A DNA stretch of 64,000 nucleotides from Candidatus Latescibacterota bacterium (GCA_965208835.1 OZ242358.1:3456001-3520000); one strand, 5' to 3'. Shown: positions 28,004 through 38,560, counted from the first letter of the stretch. The notes: generated by a model not told the origin, from the letters alone. Numbers and translations: made by a program.

Positions 28004-29995
28004 CTACGCTTCCGGTTTCGACGCAGCCACCGTCTCGTCCTCAGTACCGGATGTCTCCGCGGCGGGTGGAGCGTCATCGACCGGAACGTCACCGTTCGAC
28101 CCCGTTTCCGCCGCTTCGGCTGGCGCCTCGGCACTGGCTTCGGGTTGTACAACCGGCTCCACGTCACCCGTCGATTCGGCATCATCCCCCTCGGCTGACG
28201 CTTCGGCGCCGGCCTGGGAATCGGAATCCGCATCCCCGGCGGTCGCTTCGGGCTCGGCCGAGTCACCCACCACCTCGCCGACCGTTATCGGCTTCGGCTT
28301 GTGGCTTTCGATATAGGCGTCGATTTCTGCCTGTTCGGCGTCTCGAAGATATTCCTTCACGCTCAACACGATTTTACGCTGCTCTTCGTCGAATTCAACG
28401 ACCTTGAGGGGCAACTCGTCCCGTTCCGAGAAGTGGGTCTGGGGAGTTTGCAGATCCGACAGTCCCAGCTGCGAAACAGGAATGAAACCCTCGACGTCGC
28501 CTTCCAGATCAACCACGACCCCGCGCTCAAGCAGGCGGGATATTCTCCCCTCCGTCGTCTTGCCCACCGCGTACTCAACGGCAAGTTCAGACCAGGGGTT
28601 TTCTATGGTCTGCTTGTGCCCCAGGGAGATTCGGCGACGTTTTTTGTCTATATTGAGTACAACCACGTCGACCTGCTCACCCTTTTTGACGACGTCGCTG
28701 GGATGGCGCACCCGCCGTGTCCAGGACATATCTGAAATATGGACGAGGCCATCGATTCCCTCTTCGATTTCCACGAACGCACCGAAATTGACCAGGTTGC
28801 GAACCAAACCGGTAAGGCGCGTTCCCACGGGATATTTTTCGTCGAGCGAAAGCCAGGGGTCGTCGGTCGTCTGCTTCATGCCAAGCGATATCTTCTGACC
28901 CTCTTTGTCCACGTTCAGAATGACAACCTTCAACTGGTCGCCAATTGAGACAAGCTTGGACGGATGGCGGATATGCTGTGTCCAGGACATCTCGGAAATG
29001 TGGACGAGGCCCTCCACCCCCTGTTCCAATTCCACGAATGCTCCGTAGTCCGTGATGCTGACCACTTTGCCGTCCACGCGGTCTCCGACGGGATACTTCT
29101 CTTCTATATTCTCCCAGGGATGCGGCGTAAGCTGTTTCATTCCCAGAGAGATCCGTTCGCGCTCTTCGTCGTAGTTGAGTACCTTGACCTGGACATCGTC
29201 GCCAATGGACAACACCTCGGACGGATGTCCGATCCGCCCCCAGGAAATATCTGTGATGTGCAACAGACCGTCCAGACCGCCCAGGTCGATAAAGGCACCA
29301 AAATCCGTGATATTCTTTACCGCGCCTTCGCGGACCTGGCCGACTTCCAGTGTCTGAAGAATCTGCTTGCGCAAACGCTCCCGCTCGGCTTCCAGAACGA
29401 CCCGCCTGGAAACAACGATATTGCGCCGGTTCTTGTTGAGTTTGATGATCCGAAACGGGAAAACCTCGCCGATGAACTGATCGAAATTCTTGACCTGCTT
29501 GATATCGATCTGAGACCCGGGGAGGAATGCGTCAACTCCGAACAGATCCACGACAATACCGCCCTTGATGCGCCGCACCAGCCGGCCCTCGACGATCTGA
29601 TCGCTGTCATAGGCGTCCTTTATACGGTCCCACACCCGCATAAAGTCGGCTTTCTGTTTGGACAGCACAATCTGCCCTTCCTGGTCTTCAACATCTTCGA
29701 GGTAAACCTCTATTTCCTGTCCGACCTCGACTTCTGACGGATCGGCAAACTCCGAGAGCGGTATGGCGCCTTCGGACTTGAACCCGATATCGACCACGAC
29801 TGTATTTTCCGCGACGGCCAGAACGGTTCCGGAGACAATTTCACCTTCGGTGATATTGCTCATCGTGTCATCATACAAACTCATCATCGAGGCGAATTCC
29901 TCTTCGGAGTATTCGCGCTCGTCCAAAGCTTCCAGTGCCTCCGCGCTCGTCGGCTGGGAGACGGGCTGGCTCGCTGTGTTGTTTTCTTCCGACAT
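28004..29995 (-). CDS. rpsA: 30S ribosomal protein S1
   Basis: Six S1 repeats (DIGFKSEG, AFLPGSQ, GLLHITD, GLVHISE, GLVHISD, GFIPVSQ). Confidence 0.98.
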   Translation of the reverse strand: MSEENNTASQPVSQPTSAEALEALDEREYSEEEFASMMSLYDDTMSNITEGEIVSGTVLAVAENTVVVDIGFKSEGAIPLSEFADPSEVEVGQEIEVYLEDVEDQEGQIVLSKQKADFMRVWDRIKDAYDSDQIVEGRLVRRIKGGIVVDLFGVDAFLPGSQIDIKQVKNFDQFIGEVFPFRIIKLNKNRRNIVVSRRVVLEAERERLRKQILQTLEVGQVREGAVKNITDFGAFIDLGGLDGLLHITDISWGRIGHPSEVLSIGDDVQVKVLNYDEERERISLGMKQLTPHPWENIEEKYPVGDRVDGKVVSITDYGAFVELEQGVEGLVHISEMSWTQHIRHPSKLVSIGDQLKVVILNVDKEGQKISLGMKQTTDDPWLSLDEKYPVGTRLTGLVRNLVNFGAFVEIEEGIDGLVHISDMSWTRRVRHPSDVVKKGEQVDVVVLNIDKKRRRISLGHKQTIENPWSELAVEYAVGKTTEGRISRLLERGVVVDLEGDVEGFIPVSQLGLSDLQTPQTHFSERDELPLKVVEFDEEQRKIVLSVKEYLRDAEQAEIDAYIESHKPKPITVGEVVGDSAEPEATAGDADSDSQAGAEASAEGDDAESTGDVEPVVQPEASAEAPAEAAETGSNGDVPVDDAPPAAETSGTEDETVAASKPEA

Positions 29996-30100
29996 GAAAC
30001 TGCGACCTCCTTGGCCGTTCCGCACGAGGCGGTTGCCCCTGACGCACGGTTCGGCGCAAATTTACACGGAAAAGACGGAGACAGGATCTCCGCAGGGATC

Positions 30101-30784
30101 TTACCGGCGCTCAAGCATGGCACCCGGCGCAGGCGGGCCGGTATTGCGCCTGCGGGGGCTCAGGTTACCTATACAGAGCATCACCTCGCTACTGATGGAA
30201 CGATAGGCGGCTCGACGTCTGGCGGGCAATCCGGCTGGAGACACGCAAATCGGTTCTCCGAACCGCACGGTCACGCGGTTGAGACCGATAAGGCTCGTCC
30301 AGATATTGACCGTACCGGAAATATAGACCGGCACCACAGGAACCCGCGCGCGGTACGCCAACATACCCACGCCGTCTTTGGGCCGCCTCAGCCGGGACGT
30401 CTTGTTGCGCGTACCCTCCGGCGAAAGAAACATCGCACCGCCGGCCTTGAGACACCCTTCGATGCCGCGCAGCGCGCCCCGATCTCCACGAGACCGGTCT
30501 ATTGGCAGTGCGTTCAGCTTCCGAATCAGCCAGCCAAGTACAGGAACGGGAAATGCTTCCTGCTTGGTAACATACGAAAGTTCCCGGCACGCCGCAACCC
30601 CGATGAATACGGGATCCGCATAGGAGGCGTGGTTGCTCGCAAGGATGACGCCACCCCGTCGCGGCACAAATTGCCGGCCGGCAACGTGAAGCCGAAACAG
30701 GCAACTGCATGCCCCGACGCCGAGCGCCCAGAGAATCCGGTAAAAAAGATTGTCCGGTCGTCCGGTGTAAATGTCTGTCCGCAT
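30101..30784 (-). CDS. plsC: 1-acyl-sn-glycerol-3-phosphate acyltransferase
   Basis: NHASYAD and SPEGTRN motifs; next to cmk. Confidence 0.88.
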   Translation of the reverse strand: MRTDIYTGRPDNLFYRILWALGVGACSCLFRLHVAGRQFVPRRGGVILASNHASYADPVFIGVAACRELSYVTKQEAFPVPVLGWLIRKLNALPIDRSRGDRGALRGIEGCLKAGGAMFLSPEGTRNKTSRLRRPKDGVGMLAYRARVPVVPVYISGTVNIWTSLIGLNRVTVRFGEPICVSPAGLPARRRAAYRSISSEVMLCIGNLSPRRRNTGPPAPGAMLERR

Positions 30785-30803
30785 GGTTTGCAGGTGGTTC
30801 CTT

Positions 30804-31484
30804 CTATATGCCGCACTCGCGGGCAAGTCCCACCACGCGGGCGACCTGCGCGTCGATATTCAGGCCGGTGGTATCCACCGTGATAGCATCCGAAGCCGGC
30901 CAGGACCCCGAACGCCGCTGCGTGGCTTTGTCGCGCGCGTCCCGATCGCGAATCTGTCCCATCAATTCGTCCAGGTCTGTCCTGACTCCGCAATCGAGCA
31001 GTTCACGGTGTCGTCGCCGCGCCCGCTCGACGACGTCGGCAACCAGGAATATCTTCAGTTCAGCTTCCGGAAAAACCGCGGTGCCGGTATCCCGACCCTC
31101 CAGTACGATACCGCCCTCGCGCCCGAGCTCCCGCTGACGCGCTACGAGAATCTTTCTGACCGCGGTATGCACCGCTACGCGGGAGGCGGCATCGGAGACA
31201 TCCGTCGAACGGATCTCTCCCGTCACATCCTCCCCATCGATCAGAACCCGCTGGCCGCCGTCCTCCAGGCGAAAGTCGAACGCCAGTGCGGCGGCGGTCC
31301 CGGCGGCGGCGGCTTCATCGTCCGGACTGAGACCCCTGCGAGTGAGGGCCAAACCCAGGGCGCGGTACATCGCGCCCGTATCCAGATAGAGATATCCCAG
31401 CCTGCTGGCGACACATTGAGCCGTCGTGCTCTTGCCCGATCCCGCGGGACCGTCGATGGCAATTACGATACCCCTCTTTCCCAT
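30804..31484 (-). CDS. cmk: Cytidylate kinase
   Basis: IAIDGPAGSGKST, LDTGAMYR, EGRDTGT. Confidence 0.96.
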   Translation of the reverse strand: MGKRGIVIAIDGPAGSGKSTTAQCVASRLGYLYLDTGAMYRALGLALTRRGLSPDDEAAAAGTAAALAFDFRLEDGGQRVLIDGEDVTGEIRSTDVSDAASRVAVHTAVRKILVARQRELGREGGIVLEGRDTGTAVFPEAELKIFLVADVVERARRRHRELLDCGVRTDLDELMGQIRDRDARDKATQRRSGSWPASDAITVDTTGLNIDAQVARVVGLARECGI

Positions 31485-31506
31485 CGCGACCCTCCGCCCC
31501 CGGTTG

Positions 31507-32256
31507 TTACGGATTCGGGTCCCCTCCATCGGTGTCGACACCGCCCGCTTCCGATAACCCCGCTCGCCCGTCGGGGCCCTTCAACCTCCCGGAGGCGTCT
31601 CCGGCGCCTTCACCGGTCAAGCCCGCCGCGGCCTCCGGGCGGATCATCGCCTGCAGCAGCTCGCCCTGTGTTGACGCGGCGGCCGCCTTGTCTTCCAGCA
31701 ACTCATCCAATTCCCTGACCTTTGGCAGATCCGACAGTGTCTTCAGACCGAAGTGCTTCAGGAAGTCCCGGGTCGTCCCATACAGCAACGGCCGTCCCGG
31801 CGCATCCGATCGGCCTGCGATGCGGATCAATCCCTTCTCGAGCAGATGACGCACAACCCCGTCGACCGAAACTCCGCGAATGTGCTCCACCTCGACCTTC
31901 ATGACCGGCTGCTTGAACACGATGATGGCGAGCGTTTCCAGGGCGGCCGACGAAAGGCGGACAGGCGCTTTATCTTTCAGGAGCCGCCGGACCCATACGC
32001 CGTATTCGGAATGGACCATGAACAGGAATCCGCCGGCAATTTCCGAGATCTTGAAACTGCGCCCGGTCCGGCCGTACTGCATATTCAGGTCCTCCACGTA
32101 CGCACGCACGTCTCCAGCCCGCGCTCCATCGAGCAACGAAGCGATCTGGCTGGCGCCTAGCGGTCTGTCAGACGCCATCAACAGGGCTTCCACAATGCCC
32201 TGATTGCGCGCATCTTCATCCGACGCGGCCGGGTCAATGCCTTGCGACTCGCCCAT
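31507..32256 (-). CDS. scpB: SMC-Scp complex subunit ScpB
   Basis: LSSAALETLAIIVFKQP, PGRPLLYGTT..FL..FGL. Confidence 0.95.
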   Translation of the reverse strand: MGESQGIDPAASDEDARNQGIVEALLMASDRPLGASQIASLLDGARAGDVRAYVEDLNMQYGRTGRSFKISEIAGGFLFMVHSEYGVWVRRLLKDKAPVRLSSAALETLAIIVFKQPVMKVEVEHIRGVSVDGVVRHLLEKGLIRIAGRSDAPGRPLLYGTTRDFLKHFGLKTLSDLPKVRELDELLEDKAAAASTQGELLQAMIRPEAAAGLTGEGAGDASGRLKGPDGRAGLSEAGGVDTDGGDPNP

Positions 32257-32318
32257 TACATCCCGATTAAATCGAAGCTCCAACGGACTGTAAAATGCCT
32301 TGTTTGATTGTTTCGCCG

Positions 32319-33122
32319 TTAACGATCAGGCGCCGGTTCGGGATCGGGTTCTGACTGATCTTCTTCTCGCCTGTAAACCCAGATTTCACCTTTCGAACCG
32401 CTCTGTCTTGCAAGTGCTCGCCCGGCTTTAATGAGCTCGAGCAGGGCGATGAATGTGACGATCAGGACAATTCTCGGAAGTCCCGATACCAGGTCAGAAA
32501 ACTGAACCCGATTCCTTTCCTCCAGTATGTTACGGACGACCTCCATCCGATCCTCGGTCGTGACTTCCAGTTGATGTATCTCGTGGTAATCCGCTTTCGG
32601 AGCGGCCAGGAGTGCCGTTCGGAACGCGGACATCAGATCGAAGAGACTTACGGAACCAAAGGCTGCAAGCGGATCCTGTTCGGGCTCGTCGACTCCTCCG
32701 GTATCCAGCGCGGCGCCCCGATAGAAACTGTCCCGATGCGAATCCTGTTTGTCTTCGAGCCAGATGGCCACTTCCTTGAATTGCTGGTATTCCAGCAAAC
32801 GCCTTACAAGTTCTTCTCTGGGATCTTCTTCGTCTTCATCGGCATCGGGGTCCGCCGGCAGCAGCATACGTGACTTGATTTTCATCAACGTGGCCGCCAT
32901 CACCAGAAAATCTCCGGCAGGTTCCAGATTGAGCGTCTGCATCACTTCGACGAACTCCAGAAACTGCCGCGTGACGTCGGCGATGGGGATATCGTAGATG
33001 TCGATCTCGTCCCTGCGAATCAGAAAGAGCAGCAGGTCCAGCGGCCCCTCGAAAACGTCCAGCTTCAGTCCGTAGGTATCGTCTCCGGCGTTTCCCGGGA
33101 CTGCCGGCGCTTCGGCATTCAT
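32319..33122 (-). CDS. scpA: Segregation and condensation protein ScpA
   Basis: FEGPLDLLLFLI, FLVMAATL..IKSRMLLP, TFIALLEL. Confidence 0.95.
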   Translation of the reverse strand: MNAEAPAVPGNAGDDTYGLKLDVFEGPLDLLLFLIRRDEIDIYDIPIADVTRQFLEFVEVMQTLNLEPAGDFLVMAATLMKIKSRMLLPADPDADEDEEDPREELVRRLLEYQQFKEVAIWLEDKQDSHRDSFYRGAALDTGGVDEPEQDPLAAFGSVSLFDLMSAFRTALLAAPKADYHEIHQLEVTTEDRMEVVRNILEERNRVQFSDLVSGLPRIVLIVTFIALLELIKAGRALARQSGSKGEIWVYRREEDQSEPDPEPAPDR

Positions 33123-33157
33123 TCGAGCGATCTCCCTTGACGTCCGGCCCTCGTTGT

Positions 33158-33667
33158 TCAATCCATGAAGAGATACGGCCGCCAACGACGGTCCGGCACG
33201 CCGATCAACTGGCTGATGGTGGTAACGGTGGTGGGCCTGCGGGGACGGCGCAGCAGGTTGATTCCCGCCTGTTCGGGCGTTTGATTGCCTTTGAGATTGT
33301 TACACGGCAGACAGGCACACACCAGATTCTCCCAGGTATCCCGTCCGTTTCCTGTCCGGGGAACCACGTGATCGACCGTCATCGGTCCCTTCCTGGTACC
33401 GCAGTACTGGCAGCGGTGTCCATCCCGTTTCAGGACGTTCTTCTTCGACAGTGCGAGCTGTCTGGGCGCCACGCGTACGTAAATGCCCAGACGGACCACG
33501 CTTGGGACCGGAAACCGGTCCGAAACCGTGCGGACACACAGATCCAGCGCTTCGATAACCTCGGCCCGGCCGCGAAACACGAGAACGATAGCCCGACGCA
33601 CACTACACACCTGGATGGGTTCGTAACTCTGATTCAGGACCAGAACCGGCCGATTCAGCAATGGCAT
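33158..33667 (-). CDS. HNH endonuclease-family protein
   Basis: VLVLNQSYEPI, RDGHRCQYCG, TVDHVVP, WENLVCACLPCNNLKG. Confidence 0.92.
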   Translation of the reverse strand: MPLLNRPVLVLNQSYEPIQVCSVRRAIVLVFRGRAEVIEALDLCVRTVSDRFPVPSVVRLGIYVRVAPRQLALSKKNVLKRDGHRCQYCGTRKGPMTVDHVVPRTGNGRDTWENLVCACLPCNNLKGNQTPEQAGINLLRRPRRPTTVTTISQLIGVPDRRWRPYLFMD

Positions 33668-33825
33668 ACATCCCCTCTTGCAACAACCCCGAAGCGAAGA
33701 AAATAAACGTCGTCGACAGGGTTGAACGCATGGCGAGTGTCCCGGTTGTTCGCCGTGAGCAGATGCGTCTGCAACCGGGTTGAATCAGCACCCGCGATGC
33801 GCTAAGGATTTGACTTAACAGAAAA

Positions 33826-33854
33826 AAAATAAAGCCTTTACGAAACGATGTCAA
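33826..33854 (-). promoter_or_regulatory. Putative sigma70 promoter of the HNH-scpAB-cmk-plsC-rpsA operon
   Basis: TTGACA-17 bp-TATTTT. Confidence 0.6.
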
Positions 33855-33984
33855 GCGCTTACCCTGCGCAAGGTGCCATATCGCAATCTGTATTTCCGAC
33901 CGGTATTCGCACGTGGCTGGCCGCCCCGGAAATCCTGTGTTTTCGGGCTGCAATCGGCGACGGAACGGAGGACTATATTGGCAG

Positions 33985-34371
33985 CTATCCGTCTTCGACG
34001 AGTGCGCCGTAAGCCTGCGGGCTGAGAAGCGGTTCGAGTTCTTCGCTGCAGGTCATCCGAACCACAACCATCCAGCCCTCGCCGTACGGATCTGCGTTGA
34101 TCGGAGACGCATCCTCGCCAAGTTCATCGTTAACCTCGAGAACGACGCCGGACACGGGCGCGTAAAGGTCTTCCACCGTCTTCACCGCTTCGATCGTACC
34201 AAAGGGCTGACCCTGCTCGATCTCGGCACCCTGTTCCGGTAATTCGGCAAAAACGATATCACCCAGCTCACCCTGAGCATAGTCTGTGATGCCTATCGTG
34301 CCCCGTTCGCCCTCGACCCGAATCCACTCGTGCTCTGACGTATAAAGAAGGCCGTCCGGAATTTCCGACAT
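33985..34371 (-). CDS. gcvH: Glycine cleavage system H protein
   Basis: YTSEHEW, GITDYAQGELGD, IEAVKTV (lipoyl-Lys), DPYGEGW. Confidence 0.96.
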   Translation of the reverse strand: MSEIPDGLLYTSEHEWIRVEGERGTIGITDYAQGELGDIVFAELPEQGAEIEQGQPFGTIEAVKTVEDLYAPVSGVVLEVNDELGEDASPINADPYGEGWMVVVRMTCSEELEPLLSPQAYGALVEDG

Positions 34372-34466
34372 GATTGTTGGCTCCAAGATGAAGGTGGTGT
34401 TTCCAGACCGGGGCCGCCAGCCGTCCTTTTAACGGATGCCTGACGTTTCTCCGGTCTTGCCGACGT

Positions 34467-35825
34467 TCAACCTCCGTATCCCAATCTGGATACGAAATCC
34501 GTGTCGATCCGACCCTGGCGGAAGTCGGAGTGCCCCATCGCGCTGATATGAAACGGGATGGTTGTTGGAATTCCCTCAATGACGAACTCGTCAAGGGCAC
34601 GGATCATGCGCGCGGTCGCTTCCTCCCGCGTGTCGCCATACGCCAGCAACTTTGCGAGGAGTGAATCATAATGGGAAGGGACCCGATAGCCGGCATATGC
34701 GTGTGAATCGACCCGTATACCCGGTCCCCCCGGCGCGTGGAACGTGCTGATTTGTCCCGCGGAAGGACGGAAGTTGTGATCCGGATCTTCCGCGTTGATG
34801 CGGCATTCAATGGCGTGCCCCTTCGGCTGTATGTCCGCCTGGGCGAAGGGGAGCGGCTCACCGGCGGCCACGCGGATCTGCGTCTTGACCAGATCGAATC
34901 CGGTTACCAGCTCGGTGACCGGGTGCTCGACCTGAATGCGGGTGTTCATTTCAAGAAAATAGAAGCGACCGGACGCATCCAGCAGAAACTCCACGGTTCC
35001 TGCGCCCGTGTAACTCACCGCCATGGCCCCCGCAACGGCTTCTCTGCCCATTCGCCGGCGCAGGTCCTCGTCGACCACTGGCGACGGCGACTCCTCGATC
35101 AACTTCTGATGGCGTCTCTGGATGGAACACTCGCGCTCACCCAGATGTACGATGTTGCCGGCCTGGTCGCCCATGACCTGGATTTCCACGTGCCGCGGCG
35201 CCACGACTTCCTTTTCCAGATAGAGCGTTCCCGACGTGAACGCCGCGGACGCCTCGGCCTGCGCTGCATTCCAGGCGCGCTCGAGGCCCTCCGCCGAGTC
35301 GACGGTGCGCATGCCTCTGCCGCCGCCGCCTGCAACGGCCTTCAGGCGGATCGGGTAACCGATCTCTTCGGCCGCAGCCTGCGCCTCTTCAAGTGCGTTC
35401 AGTACACCCGTGCCCGGCGCCACAGGAACGTCCGCAGCCAGCATCGTTTCCCGCGCAACGGCTTTGTCGCCCATCCTTCGAATGGCATCCGGAGACGGTC
35501 CGATGAATACGATCCCGCACGAAGCGCACATCTCCGCGAAGTCCGCGTTTTCGGCCAGCGGCCCGTAACCCGGGTGAATCGCATCGGCGTTCGTTACTTC
35601 CGCGGCGCTCAGAATGCGAGGGATGTTCCGATAGCTCTGGTCTCCGGGAGGAGGCCCGATGCAGACATCCTCGTCGGCAACGCCAACGTGCAGCGAATTG
35701 CTATCGGCTTCGGAGTGTATTGCGATCGTCCGGATGCCCAGTTCCTTGCATGCCCGGATCACACGCACGGCGATTTCGCCCCGGTCCGCTACAAGGATTT
35801 TATCGAATAAGGGAGTGGATGACAC
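34467..35825 (-). CDS. accC: Acetyl-CoA carboxylase, biotin carboxylase subunit
   Basis: [51 protein letters not shown]. Confidence 0.96.
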   Translation of the reverse strand: MSSTPLFDKILVADRGEIAVRVIRACKELGIRTIAIHSEADSNSLHVGVADEDVCIGPPPGDQSYRNIPRILSAAEVTNADAIHPGYGPLAENADFAEMCASCGIVFIGPSPDAIRRMGDKAVARETMLAADVPVAPGTGVLNALEEAQAAAEEIGYPIRLKAVAGGGGRGMRTVDSAEGLERAWNAAQAEASAAFTSGTLYLEKEVVAPRHVEIQVMGDQAGNIVHLGERECSIQRRHQKLIEESPSPVVDEDLRRRMGREAVAGAMAVSYTGAGTVEFLLDASGRFYFLEMNTRIQVEHPVTELVTGFDLVKTQIRVAAGEPLPFAQADIQPKGHAIECRINAEDPDHNFRPSAGQISTFHAPGGPGIRVDSHAYAGYRVPSHYDSLLAKLLAYGDTREEATARMIRALDEFVIEGIPTTIPFHISAMGHSDFRQGRIDTDFVSRLGYGG

Positions 35826-35881
35826 GACAGTTCTGGTGGGACGGCGGTTTGGGCCGCCGCATCATTGAAGGAAGCGCCTTA

Positions 35882-35971
35882 GAAGCTGTTTTAAAACTAC
35901 CGGTGAGTTCCCGAGCGCGAGCGAAAAAGTGGCGGCAGCGTGAAGACCACTGGGAAATCCAAAACAGCTCC
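35882..35971. mobile_element. MITE family B, internally deleted copy (90 bp)
   Basis: GAAGCTGTTTTAAAA...AAAACAGCTCC flanked by a TTA direct repeat; the right TTA is the accB stop codon. Confidence 0.8.
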
Positions 35972-36439
35972 TTAAAGCGGTTCGATGAGGAAAAGAGGCG
36001 TATTGTACTCAACCGGATTGCCGTTCTCGACGAGGACACGGACCACCCGGCCCTTTGTATCCGCTTCAATTTCATTCATAATCTTCATGGCTTCGATGAT
36101 GCACAGGGTCTGCCCGACCGACACGACGTCGCCCTCCTCCACGAAGACCGGCGAATCCGGGTTGGGCGCACGATAGAACATACCGACCATCGGAGAACTG
36201 ATACCGTGCAGGCCTTCGGTATCGTCTGGTTCTGCGGGAGCGGGCGTATCGTCCGAATCGGCCGCCTGCGGTGCGACCTGGGCAACCGGCTGGACGGCGG
36301 CCGCGTTGATTCCCGCGGCGACGCGAATTCTCTTATACCCCAGAACGCCGCGCTCTATTTCAATTTCCCGGACCTGGTCTTCGCCAACCAGCTCGATCAA
36401 CCGCTGCAGGGTCTCCGCCATGGCTTTGGAGAGTTTCAC
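35972..36439 (-). CDS. accB: Biotin carboxyl carrier protein
   Basis: SPMVGMFY, IIEAMKIMNEI. Confidence 0.96.
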   Translation of the reverse strand: MKLSKAMAETLQRLIELVGEDQVREIEIERGVLGYKRIRVAAGINAAAVQPVAQVAPQAADSDDTPAPAEPDDTEGLHGISSPMVGMFYRAPNPDSPVFVEEGDVVSVGQTLCIIEAMKIMNEIEADTKGRVVRVLVENGNPVEYNTPLFLIEPL

Positions 36440-36532
36440 GCGCGCTCCTTAACTAGTGGACGACGGCCGGTAACAGGGTAACGGGTCGCGTCGGCCGCAA
36501 TGCTACCGAAATCAACCTCCGGCGCACTCCGA

Positions 36533-37090
36533 TCAGATTCGTTCCACGTACGACTCCGTTCGGGTATCTATCTTCAAAACGTCGCCCCGTTCAACGAATA
36601 GGGGCACCTGTACGGAAGCTCCCGTTTCCAGCACGGCCGGCTTGCTGCCACCGCTGGCGGTATCTCCCCGCAGCCCGGGGTCGGTTTCCGTAACCTCCAG
36701 CTCGACGAATATCGGCAACGCGACGCTCACGGCGTTTTGCTCCGCGACCAGAATTTCCAGTATCTCATTTTCTTTCAGATATTTAACCGCGTCTCCCATT
36801 ACCTCCGGAGGCAGTTCGAACTGATCGTACGTCTCATTGTCCATAAAACAGAACAGATCGCCGGATTTGTAGAGATATTGCATCTTGCGCCGTTCGAGCC
36901 GAACATCGTCCACTTTGTCTCCTGAACGAAACGTCCGGTCGATCATTGCGCCCGTCTTCACGCTCTTGAGGCGGGTACGCACGACGGCTGCGCCCTTGCC
37001 CGGCTTAAAGTGTTCGAACTCGACCATATAATAAAGGTCGCCGTCCAGGCGCAGGACCATTCCATTTCTGAATTCGGACGTTGAGACCAT
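36533..37090 (-). CDS. efp: Elongation factor P
   Basis: HFKPGKGAA, PGLRGDT, VQVPLFV..G..LKIDTR. Confidence 0.97.
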   Translation of the reverse strand: MVSTSEFRNGMVLRLDGDLYYMVEFEHFKPGKGAAVVRTRLKSVKTGAMIDRTFRSGDKVDDVRLERRKMQYLYKSGDLFCFMDNETYDQFELPPEVMGDAVKYLKENEILEILVAEQNAVSVALPIFVELEVTETDPGLRGDTASGGSKPAVLETGASVQVPLFVERGDVLKIDTRTESYVERI

Positions 37091-37099
37091 CGTTCGGCA

Positions 37100-37846
37100 T
37101 TACCCTCCCATGCACGCGCCATCCATCTTCCGAAGTTCCTTCAGTCTTTTTCTAAGACGCTTATTGTCCGGTTCGCGCTCACAAACTTGCGTCAGGACGG
37201 CCACGGCCTCCTCGATCAACCCCTGCACCACGTACAACTCGGCCAGGGTGGAGGTTGCAATCGGCACGATTTCAGAGTCGGCATCCACGGGCCGGTCTTC
37301 AACGTGGCCACGATCGTCAAGAAGGTCCCGCAGCAGAAAGGAAAAATCCTCACGTTCCGCCACGGGCTGGTTTTCCTCGACCGCTGCATCCGACGCCACG
37401 GGCCCCGTCTCATCGCCGGGCCGGAATCCTGAGGCTGGGCCGGCTTCCGCCTGCGCATCAGCATCCATCTCGGCAACCAGCAGCCGACTCAACGGATCGA
37501 CCGTCAGGGCGCACCTGAAATAATGCTGCGCCCTTTCCTCGGAACCCAACTTTCTTTCGATCCTGCCGAGCAGCCAGCTGGCTGAAGGATTGTCGTGATC
37601 CAGCGCGAGTGTATCGTGTAGCTCCCGGCGGGCGTCTTCCAACCGTCCGGCAGCCAAGTGGCACCGGCCCATGACAAGATGGCCGGTCGGGTAGAACGGG
37701 CGATACCTCAGGCCCTTACCGCAGATCTCCGACGCGCGGTCAACGTTACCCCGGCGCAGCAGCTCATCGGCGAGGCGCGCAAACAGGATCGAAGCCGGAT
37801 TCCTGCTGCATATTCTTTCAAGCTTTGCAAGGGATGCGGCCGTCAT
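37100..37846 (-). CDS. Tetratricopeptide repeat protein
   Basis: NPASILFARLADEL, GHLVMGRC, C-terminal ATSTLAELYVVQG. Confidence 0.75.
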   Translation of the reverse strand: MTAASLAKLERICSRNPASILFARLADELLRRGNVDRASEICGKGLRYRPFYPTGHLVMGRCHLAAGRLEDARRELHDTLALDHDNPSASWLLGRIERKLGSEERAQHYFRCALTVDPLSRLLVAEMDADAQAEAGPASGFRPGDETGPVASDAAVEENQPVAEREDFSFLLRDLLDDRGHVEDRPVDADSEIVPIATSTLAELYVVQGLIEEAVAVLTQVCEREPDNKRLRKRLKELRKMDGACMGG

Positions 37847-38125
37847 CTTCTCACCACCCCGTTCAGTGTCCCGTCCCTGAAACGGGTGACCACTCATCCG
37901 GTCTTGCCGTTCAGCTTGCGCTGCCCTTGCTGAGCCAGTCCAAGCCAGCCTGTCGAAGCGCCTTCACTTGCCGACGCTGGGCCCTTTCTGGCGCTGCCTC
38001 GTCTCGGCGCCGATGTAAACTGCAGGGTCTCTCGTTTCAAGCCGACGGCTGATTCCTGTATTTCCTGCTCGGTACGGCCGTATTGCGGCAATCCATTTCC
38101 CGAACCGGACACCAAACCGGGGGAA

Positions 38126-38154
38126 AGTATATGTAAAAGACCAATGCTTGTCAA
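38126..38154 (-). promoter_or_regulatory. Putative sigma70 promoter of TPR-efp-accBC-gcvH
   Basis: TTGACA-17 bp-TATACT. Confidence 0.7.
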
Positions 38155-38318
38155 GGCCGCCACAAAGAGGCCGTTCGCCGGGTTCCACGCCGAATGGCTG
38201 GATGAAATCGGACACGCCCGCAATTGGCGGCGCCGGAGCCGCAAGAATACACGAGAACCAGTGGCGTGCCGTGTCGGTTTCAGGCCTGAAGCCGGGGCGT
38301 ATTTTACCGGGATTTGCC

Positions 38319-38347
38319 TTGTGCGAATATGGGCGATGTGCTATATT
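38319..38347 (+). promoter_or_regulatory. Putative sigma70 promoter of the chromate transporter-bioB-mnmG genes
   Basis: TTGTGC-17 bp-TATATT with extended -10 TG. Confidence 0.55.
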
Positions 38348-38357
38348 CAAAGCCGTT

Positions 38358-38517
38358 TAGCAGTCCGTTGCTAGAGTCGCTCTGCAGGCGAGGCGTTGTG
38401 GCCGAAGACAAGGTGCGCGACCGAGTCCCATCCAGCGATTCGGCGAGGGAGCGCAACACAGTATTTCGACCGCAAGGGCCGGGCGCAGCCCGGATGGGCT
38501 CTTTCAACGGGCTGTTA
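38358..38517. mobile_element. MITE family A, copy 2
   Basis: TAGCAGTCCGTTG / CAACGGGCTGTTA ends bounded by TA; homologous to 15581-15746. Confidence 0.8.
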
Positions 38518-38560
38518 TGACGCAATTTCGCACCCGTCCTGTCCGCTCGTGGAGGCGGTA

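Noticed and set aside
33158-33667. HNH gene as a mobile or RNA-guided nuclease (IscB-like)
   Set aside because: No RuvC or PLMP domain; it is the common stand-alone 170-aa chromosomal HNH family.
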